From positions 61,957-125,956 of the IMG/VR virus record IMGVR_UViG_650627111_000001: DNA of 64,000 bases. One strand, written 5' to 3'. Positions 18,288 to 29,770 of this stretch are shown in pieces. The stretch comes from a virus (Duplodnaviria; Caudoviricetes). Numbering within the stretch: the stretch's first letter is position 1; each line of letters opens with the position of its first letter. The notes under the pieces are model-generated. The model made no database searches, was not told where the DNA came from, and saw nothing but the letters and a program-made list of their open reading frames with translations. The translations under genes were made by a program, and so were the position numbers.

Positions 18288-19142
18288 ATATTATTCGGGA
18301 CGTCTCCCTAGATATTCACAGTGTCTTACTTCTGGCTCCGAAGAGTCTTAACTTACCTTTCGGTATGTTTCTTACCTTGCCTTGCGGCTACCAGCTCCAT
18401 AGGGTTCACGTAATTACACTACGCTTAGGATGCTATTGCTGTCCGAACTTGCTATGATTTACGCTGATTATAGTTGTCACTCAGGTGCATTGCTTATTTG
18501 CTTTACCATCGGGTAGCTACTCTCTGCAAGTGTAGACATCTATAACACAGATAAGAACTGTGGGATGAAGTTTCTACAACTTTATCGTGACAACACCTCT
18601 AATCCATTTTACTTGGTGACGAGGTCAGTTCCAAGGATTTTTAACAACTAGTTTACTCTAGGAACCGAGGTATTACCTCTCAATACTGCAATGCTTTTGC
18701 CATCCAAATATGTTAGGTAGGTTACAGTCATTGCTTTATGTAACAATCACCCTAAGACATTATCATCTCTGAAACATGGATGTGTTAGTGTAATCGTAAT
18801 ATCCATAGGTGACGTCGGCCTGTTCTAATCTAGAGGATTGCTAGATCTGTGTTTAAAGTTGTCACAGCAACACTACCATTCCATATCGTCTTCAGGTAGC
18901 TTATCCCGCCTACACAAAACCGAAGTTTCTCGATGTGTAGGGTACTCACTAGGTGAGATTATTTTATCCTGACCCTCGTCTCAGGTAAATGCTAATCGAG
19001 GTAGCAAAAGTTGCCGCACTATTCACGGCAGTCAAACTATTCATCTCCAGATTCCGGTAGCGAGTCATCCTCTGGTCATGTGCAAGTCGTCACTTTGCAT
19101 TTCGCCTTAACATAACGGTCGTAAGGTGAATTCTTTAATCTA
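18257..19142 (-). ncRNA. Large (~890 nt) structured non-coding RNA
   Basis: No credible ORF; promoter and terminator at its ends; UUCG and GNRA tetraloop hairpins; long-range complementary segments. Confidence 0.8.
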
Positions 19143-19148
19143 TAATCA

Positions 19149-19178
19149 ATCTTAACATGTAGATTGCGTTGCTGTCAA
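19149..19178 (-). promoter_or_regulatory. Sigma70-type promoter for the large ncRNA
   Basis: TTGACA-18-TAAGAT with extended TG, embedded in the 3' end of ORF 19152-19409. Confidence 0.75.
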
Positions 19179-20266
19179 GAGATTATTCGCAACTTTATTT
19201 CGTAACATTGCTAATGTTTCTTCGAGCAAATCAATCATATCTCCATCAGAGAATGTTTGCAAGATATTTCGCCCACTAAAGCAATCACCTTGATTAACAG
19301 TCACAGTTGTAACACCTTCTTCAGCGACATCAAAGTTAATATACCCAGATTCGCTTCCATTGTCAAACGAAAGTTCGACTTCATTTTCATAAATTGTAAT
19401 CATTACCAATTATCTCCTCTTATTCAAAAACTATTGATTTCGTCTAAAAGATTTTCAACCTCTTCTTCCAGAGCTTTAATACGCATTGCCATTGCAAGGA
19501 TATAATCCTCAAGATGAAAGCAATAGAAACTTCCGTTACGAAAAATCGCTTGCTCACCTTCGTTATATTCGTATGTGTATTTACCTAATTCAATTGTGAA
19601 ATTTTCCATTACTCGCCAACCTTATCATAAACTAAACCTTCCGAATCCACACCAAAGATCTCAAGATAACCATTTTGTGTGGCGATTAAATCTTTCACTT
19701 CCATATCAGATAAATCTACACCAATACAGGTTTCTACAACATCGTCAATATCATGTGGGTGACGGTCAACTCGATAAACATCATATAACATAGTTAGTCC
19801 TCCTCCACTTCCCACGCTACATCACCTAGTAATACTTTAATAAGTTCATACGCCTGTTGTGGTGAGTTTACTCGTGTTTTAAACTGATAGTCTTCAAAAC
19901 CCAATCCACTCCAAACACTAATCACACCATTATCCAGTACTTCGATTACACCGCCAAGGTCACCAACCTTACTATACAAACCTATGCCATTGCCATATGG
20001 GTATTCTCCGCAAGGTGTATTTTTCAAGAAGTAGTCAACTACTTCTTCATATGTATTAAAACTTTCCATAATCATTTCCTCCGTTTCGATTGTTCCCATC
20101 GAGTTTGAAATTTCAAATACTCTGACGGGTGATAATATAAAATTTGGTCTAACACTTTACGATCCCAGTTTACCTCATCTGTACCAGATGTCAATAAATT
20201 TTCTAGATAATCTATTGACCACTTACGTGTAGGTATCCAAGGTCGTGGTCTTTTCTTGTTTGCCAC
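19152..20266 (-). CDS. Cluster of five small hypothetical proteins
   Basis: Tightly packed ORFs 19152-19409, 19424-19609, 19609-19815, 19794-20099, 20072-20266 with RBSs. Confidence 0.6.
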
Positions 20267-20268
20267 GA

Positions 20269-20499
20269 TTAACCTCCTTGCACTAAGGAAACCTCTTTCT
20301 TTCTGTCACCAATACCCAAATCCATCATAATATCACAACAACTTTTGAATGCGTTGAATTGATCTTCTGGTAAATAAAATCCTTCACGATTCATATAGAA
20401 TTTAGTATTGTCATAATCAAATCCACTGAAAACACAATGTACTAAAAGTTTATAGCCATCCATTGTATTATTCGGGTTTACAAAGTTGATAATTTTCAT
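20269..20499 (-). CDS. Small protein; positionally ICP1 gp145 (reported anti-DarTG factor AdfB)
   Basis: 76-aa ORF two genes downstream of the helicase; identity rests on gene counting and memory only. Confidence 0.35.
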   Translation of the reverse strand: MKIINFVNPNNTMDGYKLLVHCVFSGFDYDNTKFYMNREGFYLPEDQFNAFKSCCDIMMDLGIGDRKKEVSLVQGG

Positions 20500-21035
20500 G
20501 ATATTTCCTCCACCATTTTCATAACATAATTATATACATCGTGTTGTGATTGTTCAATATCTTTTCCATCTTCAAAACGCATCTTGTATCCTTTAGGTAA
20601 TGTCATTGTGCAGGGAATATCCATGATAACCGAACATACACCTGCTGCAATATCTAAACCTGTTTGAGCTCCAGAATATAAATGGTCAATACCAATATGT
20701 TCATGGATCGGTGATAGTAAATGCAGCAACCATAGGTTCACTTTTTCTTGTATCCAACCATACTTCTGGCAAGTGTATATACTATTACCCACAATATTCA
20801 TTGTCTTACAACCATCACGCTTCATTCGTTGATACAACACTCTCGCACAAGGTAGTGGATCGCTGCGTAAATCAAAATGAATATATTTATCACCTGCAGC
20901 TTTCTTTGTAAGCTTCTCACCTGCCGTGTCGAAATCCAACGCAATTGCTACAGTTATATCTGCAACAGAAGCGTTGTGATATGTTCTAGGTGCGTAACTT
21001 GATGACTTGTGTTCTTGAATTATCAATTTACTCAT
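20496..21035 (-). CDS. SLOG-like / putative molybdenum-carrier family protein
   Basis: YAPRTYHNASVADITVA, NIVGN, SGAQTGLDIAA motifs. Confidence 0.6.
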   Translation of the reverse strand: MSKLIIQEHKSSSYAPRTYHNASVADITVAIALDFDTAGEKLTKKAAGDKYIHFDLRSDPLPCARVLYQRMKRDGCKTMNIVGNSIYTCQKYGWIQEKVNLWLLHLLSPIHEHIGIDHLYSGAQTGLDIAAGVCSVIMDIPCTMTLPKGYKMRFEDGKDIEQSQHDVYNYVMKMVEEIS

Positions 21036-22447
21036 ATAACACTCTTCTCCTTACATTCAAACCAGAAATTGATGCTATCTTCACAACACTTAATGTGCTG
21101 CGGTGAGATCGGTCTTGCTAGGATAAGATTATTAATATCTGTTCCACGACTTAACCCAAGATAGACAAAATTCTGACCAAAATCCTTCAACTTGTCCCAA
21201 GTATATAGGTATGAATCCTCTACGTCAAGCACATATTTCTCTTTGATAGTTAATCCTTGAGATTTCATTATGCTGACACACGAGCTTGGTAGTACTGGTA
21301 AACAAAGCATTGTACCTACCACACGTTCCTTCATTTCTTCCTTGATACTCCCATCCTCAGCGTAACTACTTTCGACATAATGTTCTTTATTCTCCCATTT
21401 ATGAACATTAACTCTTACTTGCTCACCTGAATGGTCAAATTTAATAATACAACCTTCTGTATCTGCGAGGGTGATCACTCCTGTGCTCCCGTTCTGGTAT
21501 GTACCTTCTGGACAGTTTACAATTGTCATCACACGCTGACCTACACATATAGTTACACCTTCTTCACGCACCAAAGTATCTTTGATATTAAAATCTTTCT
21601 TGATGATAGGTTTAAATGTAAACTTGCGGTTAGGATTTCTTGCAAGAACGGCGTTATTAATCTTATCTACAGTTTTGTTTGTTGCAGCTAAGATCATTGT
21701 ATCTTCTGGATAATCATATTCAACACGCTGATTCAACCACTTCAAGCAATTATCAAATCTTCCTTTTTGGTTGTAGCGTATAACATCCAAACAAGCTTTA
21801 TATACCTTATCTTCTTGTCGTTCAACTTTATCAAGTAGGTAGTATGTAAAATCAAACCTATCCCACACAGTAGATTTGAACATTAGATGATGGTTCCATC
21901 GAGAGTGAATCTCCCGTTTTACATCTTCATCAGACATAACGGTTACAGCCTGACAAGGGTCACCACACAATAATAATCGAATATTACGTTCTGGTCGGTT
22001 ACGATTCTTACGATTAAAGCGTTCAATACGACGCCAAATCAAATCTAAATTATCTGAGTTTAAGAGGTATGCTTCATCGATAACAATAACCTCGACCAAA
22101 GCTGAATTGAATAGTCCAGAAGTCTTTTGAGATACCTTGCGATAATTCAATTCCGTTGCAGGTTTAATACTCAATGATAAACCTGAGTGAGCAGTCCCCA
22201 TTCCAATACCATTTGGCATATTTTGTGAGCTAATACCACTTGACCCGAAGAATACAATCTTATCACCATAAAACATTTTCAAGCATGTTAGTAAGGTTGA
22301 TTTTCCAGCACCAGCAATACCTACAAGGCATCCATGTCCACTACTCTTGAAGATGAAATGTTCTAGGAAATCTCGTTGCTTTTCATTTAGGTTTACTGGT
22401 GCATTGTCATACAACCATTGTAATGTTTTTGTTGTTTCAATCTGCAC
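21032..22447 (-). CDS. SF1B (Pif1/RecD-like) accessory helicase
   Basis: GIAGAGKS, IVIDEA, GDPCQ, KVERQ, KSQGLT, YLGLSR. Confidence 0.9.
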   Translation of the reverse strand: MQIETTKTLQWLYDNAPVNLNEKQRDFLEHFIFKSSGHGCLVGIAGAGKSTLLTCLKMFYGDKIVFFGSSGISSQNMPNGIGMGTAHSGLSLSIKPATELNYRKVSQKTSGLFNSALVEVIVIDEAYLLNSDNLDLIWRRIERFNRKNRNRPERNIRLLLCGDPCQAVTVMSDEDVKREIHSRWNHHLMFKSTVWDRFDFTYYLLDKVERQEDKVYKACLDVIRYNQKGRFDNCLKWLNQRVEYDYPEDTMILAATNKTVDKINNAVLARNPNRKFTFKPIIKKDFNIKDTLVREEGVTICVGQRVMTIVNCPEGTYQNGSTGVITLADTEGCIIKFDHSGEQVRVNVHKWENKEHYVESSYAEDGSIKEEMKERVVGTMLCLPVLPSSCVSIMKSQGLTIKEKYVLDVEDSYLYTWDKLKDFGQNFVYLGLSRGTDINNLILARPISPQHIKCCEDSINFWFECKEKSVI

Positions 22448-22575
22448 ACTTTAACCCTCCTTACGTCCAAAATTATGTCTTTTGTTAATATACCAATCCT
22501 TATAAAACTCAAGCTTCTTATTGTCACGTCTTAGTTTTATCACATAACACCATGTTGCTGCAAGTGCAATGTAAA

Positions 22576-23984
22576 TCATAACACCTCCCAAAGTTTATAC
22601 TTCAACTCATAAAGTTCATCACACTCATCTTGTAAAGCTTGTCTCTGCTCCATAATCTTCTCTAAACGATTATCTGTACGTTTTAAGATAGACTTCAACC
22701 AACCTTTGATGTCACCATAACGTTTACGGTAGTCACCCGATACACATTCTGCAATCTTACTGTCGCCCAACCAATCTTGTTCATTAAACTTACCCACATA
22801 AAGAAAGTTTCGACCTTGCCAACTTACTACAGTAAACAAAATCTTATCGATAGGATTTCCTTCTGTATCTCGGTCGATGGAATTTTTAATCACCTCTTCA
22901 ATAACAAATTTACTCATAACCCCTCCAAATCCTCTCTAAATCAATCCACACTCATCGAAAATACCTTTACCCATACGAACGTATTTACACCATTTAAAAT
23001 TGATTATACACTCGTGTAGGAGGTTTATCACTCTTCTAACAAAACCGCTTCCCACTCACCCATACTCATGTGCTCAGTGAGATTACCAATAATATCGTAT
23101 GCCTGAGCAATGTCAACAAATTTCGTCGCATCGAATGGATTTTCTGTCACCGACAGAGTGTAATCACATGTTCCATCAGTGTGAATCATATCTGCGACGA
23201 TAACTGCATATTCGTGATATGCAGACTCTTGGTTGATGAGGATGTATTTGTTCATAATCACTCCCACTCCTTAATTTCATCTTCGATTTGTGATGGAATC
23301 CAAGTTGAATCAGATTCATCTGCAGCGAAGCGCCACAAACCTTTATCAACACGATAAAATACAAATTTATCTCCGTTGTAAAAACGGACTTTACATTCGT
23401 TAACTAGTAATGCCATTATTCTCCTCCAATAATTAATCCAGACACAAGGATATTACCTGCATCTGGATGTTGTGTCAACATTAGTTTTCTAGTTTGATAT
23501 TATCTTCCATAAAAACTATAGACTCTTGTAACGTAGTGAGTAAATCTTTAGACTTTTGTGAAGATTTGAGTCCGTACTTTGTGTGGAACATATCCGAAAC
23601 TAGACTACTTACTAAAGATTTAACTGTAGAATCTCCATGCTGATCACCTAAGTATTTTGTAAAATATTTAATATAATCATCTATATGTTTGTGTTTCTTT
23701 TTACTGTTGGGTAAATATTTCAATGGAAAACTAAAGCTTTGGTCATAAGTCGCCCACACTGTCACAGTTTCTGTTTTATAATCGATGACAACAGGTGGGA
23801 AGTGTGTATAAAACCAAGATTGCTGCTTATTATCAAAAGTATACTCCTCTTTACCGAGGTAAACAAGCCCTTTCTTATGATCAATAGAAAACACATCTCC
23901 ATCATATTTTTCTGACCAACCAGATTCCCCATACGTACCAAAAACATAACCCGTACTTGTTGTGTTAAGATAATCAATTTTCAT
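22576..23984 (-). CDS. Small hypothetical proteins (22576-22917, 23028-23267, 23481-23984 and shorter ORFs)
   Basis: ORFs with GGAG RBSs; TTGACA promoter at 23473-23478. Confidence 0.55.
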
Positions 23985-23998
23985 ATAATTTCTCCTTC

Positions 23999-24484
23999 TT
24001 ATTCAATTTCAACCAAATCAACTAGTGTTGGCAAGTGTGAAATGTGCAAGGTCGAGGCTTTCACAGTCACCATCATCCCACATTTCAAGTTTAAGTGCGT
24101 AAGTCATGTTATTTCTCCTCCTCTTTCAAAATCAATACCATTAGCTTTACACACCTTCTCCAACATGTCAACAATAATGTGTCTGTGGCAGAAATCACCA
24201 GCTTTACAATAGCAAGCAAGACAAACCTCATCCATCTTACACAACCCTAACAAGCTAACTTATTCTGTTGGTAGCTTTGTCTCATTAATGGGATAAACTT
24301 AGATGTGTACAGATCCTCACCGCCACCATTCTTGTATTCCATCAGAATTTACCATGTCGGTAGCGAAAGTTACCTCAGTGTCGTTAGTCTTCTTTTTATC
24401 TTTTACTGCAACAGTTGAGTTGCTAAGAAATTGTAATTTAATATTATAATCCCCAACTTCCTTCAAAATATCAGTTAAATTCAT
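23999..24484 (-). pseudogene. Scar of truncated genes including a DUF488-like remnant
   Basis: Fragments PTW*ILMEYKNG..LMRQSYQQN and MDEVCLACYCKAGDFCHRHII in different frames with stops. Confidence 0.55.
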
Positions 24485-26224
24485 CTACTTTCCCTCCACA
24501 ATATCTTCAATTTCAAACCAATCAATGAATCCGTATCTACCATCTTCTTCAAGAAGTTGTTTCAAATATGTAACAATATCGCCACCATAATACTTTTGCA
24601 ATGTCTCATCATCGATAAAATCTCGTTTGTCATATGACACTCGCAACAAAAGGTAATCTTTGTTTTCGTTCATTTCATCATCCTCCCAATAAATTCATCA
24701 ACAGTATCAGTAATCTCTTCATCAGACATAATCTCTGGCATAGAAGATTCATATCCTGACATGTACATCCCTGCTTCCATCCATACCTTCTCATCGAGAA
24801 GATATTCACCTTTGTAATGCGGAAGCGTATCATCTTCGTAAAGGTTTGTGTGGATGGATGAGATCCATTTTGATTTACGTTTAGTCACGATGGTAATCCT
24901 CCCATGCAACATTTAACTCGACAACGTCAAGTAGTTGGTCAAATGGGTCTACTAGTTTCTTGGTGGAGTAAGCTACCTCATAAGAATCAAATTCCTCAGC
25001 ATATTTCAGTCTCTCCCAACCAATATCTGGAGGGTTCAAAACAACACCTGTATATTCACACCGATAAATGACATATTCAAGAAAGCTGTACTTATCCTTC
25101 TTATCCCAATCCTTACCACGGAGAATGTATGTTGCCATAATCAAATTCCTCCTTCCAATTCATATTTAATCCAATCAATCTGGTATTGCTCCTCATCAGA
25201 TAAGCGCATAGGAATCGCTACAAAGCCTGCTACGAGGTGATAAGGTTCAAAGGTGTACTTACCCTCACCATCAGAGATAAACGTCCCTACGGTGCGTTGA
25301 GAGCGTGAATTTACATCTACAACATCGAATGTACATTCGATGACACCCTCTTGAATTTTCAATAGTGGTTTCATAAACCCTCCTCTAGTAGCTATCACCG
25401 ATGTCATATTTAAAATAAATCTTCAATACTTCAGGTCGAGCACGAAAAGTGTAAATATCATCGTATTTGTTAGTCTGTTTGACGTATTGTTGACCTTTCT
25501 TAATTTTCCAACCATCTGCTTCGGCTTGTGCTAGTACAACAACTTCCTCTTCAGTGAAGTCGTCTGGGTAAACCATACCTTGCAGTAATTGTTCACAAGC
25601 ATCACAACGATAATCTTTTCGTGCTGTTGGATACTCTTCTCGTAAAACTGTAACTCCCATAATTTCCTCCTTATTAATGTACACGTTCACTATAATGCGA
25701 GTAAAAGTTAGCAGCAATTAAATTGCAGTCCAATTCAAACTTCAACTCTTCGAGCATAGTATCAATGTTAATATCACCTGTCAACACTTTATCAAGGTTG
25801 ATATCAATCTCGATAGGGTTATCCAACATTTCGGTGTAGATAGCAATTGACAAGAATGTATGCTCACCTTCATTATCAAATGCATCTCCATAGCGAATTT
25901 CTACAGAGAATGCTCGAAGCTCACGTTTGATTTTCTCTAAGATTTGTACTGTTTCTTTCATAGGATCTTATCCTCCCTCATAACTCGTTTAATGATTGCA
26001 CGGTAGTATTGTGCACGACCTTCTTCTGTTTCAAATTCATCACGGATTCCACCAGAATCAGAGATAACCACTCTACCACTATATTTAGCCATCTCAGTAG
26101 CTTTTTGTTTGAACATTTCAATCTCTTTCATCTCTTCTCGTGATAATATCAATCTCAGAAACCACTTCATCATAAACTTTCTCCTCTTCAAATTAAGCAA
26201 TCTGCCGAACACATGGTGAATCAT
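24485..26224 (-). CDS. Cluster of seven small early-type hypothetical proteins
   Basis: Overlapping start/stop ORFs downstream of TTGACA..TATGAT promoter near 26246. Confidence 0.6.
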
Positions 26225-26320
26225 AACACGGAAGATTCCTGTGTCAAGAGGGCGAGTTATGAAAATTAAAATTATTTGTGTGAGAAAGGTGTTGACATGA
26301 AGAAGAGGTGTGTTAGTATT
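26219..26320. promoter_or_regulatory. Divergent sigma70 promoter pair at the strand switch
   Basis: Minus TTGACA..TGTTATGAT near 26246-26220; plus TTGACA..TGTTAGTAT near 26292-26319. Confidence 0.7.
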
Positions 26321-26366
26321 TGTTGTATTGCTGGTACATGGTTATGTTTATTTATAGGAGATTAGT

Positions 26367-26913
26367 ATGACAACAATGGTTATAGACCTAGAAGAGGGGA
26401 TTATCATGGCAGATAGTCGTGGTACAGAAACTTTGGAAGTATCTAACTGGAAGATCTTACCTTACCCCAAGAAAAATTACGAATGTAGAGAATAAGTTTT
26501 CCAAAGTACAGAAAATTTTCTCAGTTTACGGTTATGTAGTTTCAGGGAGTGGGAGTTTATTCATCCTAGAATACTTTCGTGGCCTGTTGGGTAAAGGTGA
26601 GTATAACTTTAAAAGTAGATATATTGTAAAATCTGATTTTGATTTTAGTGACACCAATGTGTATATTACAAAGAAATCCTGCGGTAAGAACCACTGTATG
26701 GAGTTTAAGGTTAAATCAGAATGGCTACCTTTCAATTATAGACTTTTGAAAATAACCAAATCTGTTATAAGAAAGCGTATGGTTGTATCTGGCTCTGGTG
26801 CAGCCTTTGCTTCTGGAGCAATAGAGGCTGGTGCAACTATGGATGAGGCGATTAATATTGCATCTAAGTTGGATAAATTTACAGATGACAGATTACAGTG
26901 TGTAATCTTATAA
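26367..26913 (+). pseudogene. HslV/proteasome-beta-like Ntn peptidase, frameshifted
   Basis: AGGAG-ATG 26367 gives MTTMVID..IMADSRGT; the other frame carries KIF..SGSG and GSGAAFASGAIEAGA..EAINIASKLD. Confidence 0.7.
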
Positions 26914-27110
26914 GTGTACGGATTTGACATGTGTACATTTATTTTGAACATTGAAATTATTTGAACAGGAGGATGTTATGAATCAACAACAAGCGGTTAA
27001 GTTTTGGAATGAAATTGTAAAAGGTGAAGTGATTTGAAAAATATTTTATTGACAAGAGATTTTCACATGCTCATATGTGACTTATGAGTTGATGGTTTTG
27101 GAAGACGGTT

Positions 27111-28421
27111 ATGAGACTAACAAAAAGACAACAAGAATTTATCGGTAGTACGTTCCCCACCCCAGAAGGTGGCATCTTAACGGTAACCGGTGTTGTGGGT
27201 AAATCGAGTAGTAATAATGCAATATTCGGTTTGGAGTGTTCTATTTGTAGCAGGGATTTGGAACTCTGGCCTAAGGGTAGTATCAGTAGTACCAAAGGTA
27301 GTTTGATGAGGGGTTATACTCCTTGTGGTTGTGCTAAAAATCCTAATTGGACAGAGGGGCAGAACTTGATCCGTGTTAAACGTGAATGCAGTAAAAGGGG
27401 TTACAAATTTCATGGTTGGTGGGGTAAGTATAAAGGTATAGAGACTAAACTGAATCTAGAAAACCCTATTACAACTAACTGCTGGCAAAGTACAAATATG
27501 AATAGTTTCTTTAATGGTAGCGGTGACCCCGTAATTGGCAGGAAGAAAACAGTACAAGCTGTATTAATCTCAGACAAACAACACATTGAGGATTTTATCA
27601 AAGCTGGGTTTACAGAAGGTTATAAGTTTTGGCGAAGTGAAAGGTTAAGCAAAGAAGGGTATAAACGTTATTGGAATTATACATGCAGTACTTGCTCTAG
27701 TGATGAATACGTTGAAGCCGGTCTTTGTTCTGGAGTATTTGAATCCCCGATAAGTGGACTGAAAGTGGGTCAAAAATCTTGCCGATGCAGTGAAACTTTC
27801 CGATGGAAACAAGAGCATCGAGAGTACCAAATTAAGAAAGTTTGTAAAGAGGAGGGGTTAATTTTTACTGGTTGGGATCGTGAATATAAAAATGCATTCT
27901 CTAAATTTAATTGGGTGTGCGCTGAAGGACATACTTGTGCAACCACTATTGGTAATTTCCTAACTAAGAGTAGTCGTTGTCCTGTTTGCAATAATATTAA
28001 ACAAAAAGCTAATGGAATTGGTTACGGATATTACCCACACCGCACAGAAGAAAGGGATCACTTGTATGTCATACGTTTCAAGAAAGATAATGTTATCAAA
28101 GTTGGTCGCGCTTTTGATGTTAATGAAAGGTTACAAATGCAAAGTACTTCGCTACTTAAAATCTCAAACCATAGTATTAATGATATTGAAATTCTAGATA
28201 TCCTTACAGGTACTCACCAAGAAGTGTATGACCTCGAACAAACATTACATGGAGAGTTAACAGAAGCAGGTTTCCATATGCCATTAGATTGGACACAGGA
28301 AGCATTTAGAGAAGATTGTGAGGGATTACTATTCTTATTACTTAAGCGTACTGGTATTGGTTCTGATAGGGATTGTAACATTATGAAAACCACATTGAAT
28401 GATATCGCTAATGGTAGGTAA
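27111..28421 (+). CDS. T5orf172-like homing endonuclease with Cys-rich repeats
   Basis: TPEGGILTVTGVV, CSICSRDLELWP..PCGC, HLYVIRF..IKVGRAFDVNERL..EQ. Confidence 0.85.
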   Translation: MRLTKRQQEFIGSTFPTPEGGILTVTGVVGKSSSNNAIFGLECSICSRDLELWPKGSISSTKGSLMRGYTPCGCAKNPNWTEGQNLIRVKRECSKRGYKFHGWWGKYKGIETKLNLENPITTNCWQSTNMNSFFNGSGDPVIGRKKTVQAVLISDKQHIEDFIKAGFTEGYKFWRSERLSKEGYKRYWNYTCSTCSSDEYVEAGLCSGVFESPISGLKVGQKSCRCSETFRWKQEHREYQIKKVCKEEGLIFTGWDREYKNAFSKFNWVCAEGHTCATTIGNFLTKSSRCPVCNNIKQKANGIGYGYYPHRTEERDHLYVIRFKKDNVIKVGRAFDVNERLQMQSTSLLKISNHSINDIEILDILTGTHQEVYDLEQTLHGELTEAGFHMPLDWTQEAFREDCEGLLFLLLKRTGIGSDRDCNIMKTTLNDIANGR

Positions 28422-28507
28422 CATTAGGTTTTATTGGATAATAAGGATTAACCGTTACCTGTGTAGGCCTGATAATTAACACACAAGGTGTACGAAAAAG
28501 GGGAGTT

Positions 28508-29770
28508 ATGATCTCACAAAAATATATAGACCGTGAAAAACTTATCTGGAAGCTGATGTGCACAAATGATGAAGGTGATGATAATTCTCACAAAGTTATA
28601 TCCTATTTCGTGAAGAAATCCCATGGGCAAACTATTGACATCACCGGAAAAGTATATCAACCTAAGAAGGTAGAGTTTGTGAAGCTAGTGAATTCTGCTT
28701 GGGCGTTAGCTCAATGGGATGATGTCATTCACACAAAGAAAGGTGATATTCGAAAGAAATATGTTGACAAGGTGTTGTCGATGAGTGATACTTACCTTGC
28801 GTTAGGGCACTACCTTGAGCAAGTGAGATGTGAAGGAACGAAGAATGCGTTATTATCATGGCAAGAGTTTTATTTATTGAAAGGAGAATGAGTGATATGA
28901 ACAAACTAATCTTAACAAAAGTAGATAATTTGCTTTGGGATGGGCAACTTTATGTTGACAATATCCTTTTGCGAAGTTATGATAACCTCACAGCATTCGA
29001 GATTCACCAGCGTGTATCAGAGGTTGTTGGGGTGAATAAATATCAGACAGTGCGAATTGATTTAGAAGGGGAGGAGTGATGAATCCAGAAGACTTTATCC
29101 GCATGATGCATGGTGGTAGTGGGAATAATAATGTGTTGAAGCGTAACCCAACCACAACTGAGTTGGATGAGTTTATCAATCGTGCGATGCAAAAGCGGGA
29201 TATGAATCCGCAAATGCTATACTTAGATTTGCAAAATAAACTTGAACCACAACGTGGTGTGAGTATGTTAAGCTTTGAAGAAGCAGAAATTTATCCGATG
29301 GTTATGAATCGTTTGGTTGAGAGATTTAGTAAATAAGGAGATGAGTAATGTTAGTATTTAAAAAGAATTGGATCTACCGTTATAACGAATGGTGTCATGG
29401 TAATATGTTTACCATTGGTAATGTTAACGATTCTAAAAGTATTTGTTCTTACTTTTGGAAGACAATGTGGAACCTAGTTCCTGTGAATTTAATGTATTCT
29501 ATGATAGCACATACACCAGCAGTTGCAGGTTTGTGGTTGAAAAAGTTTGAGTACTTTGATAAGCTGACAGGTTTGCCTGCGTTGTATACCTTCTTAGTAG
29601 CAGGTTACCTTTCACTTGCAGCTTTTGGTCTTATCTTAGTTGGTTTAGCAATAATTCAAAGTAAGTTTGAAAATCGTAAACAAAATTCAGATAAGTCACC
29701 AAACCTTGTGATTGAATATATCAAGACTAAGAAGAGTAAGATTTGTCCAATGATTGAGTGGGAGGATTAA
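28508..29770 (+). CDS. Four hypothetical proteins, the last a membrane protein
   Basis: Coupled ORFs with RBSs; TM segments in 29348-29770. Confidence 0.6.

Noticed and set aside
18212-18457. 81-aa plus-strand ORF in the large gap
   Set aside because: No RBS, runs antisense through the terminator and structured RNA; likely spurious
18257-19142. tRNA cluster, tmRNA, RNase P or group II intron in the gap
   Set aside because: No cloverleaf with T-loop, tag reading frame, RNase P P4 motif or domain V recognised by eye; covariance search still needed
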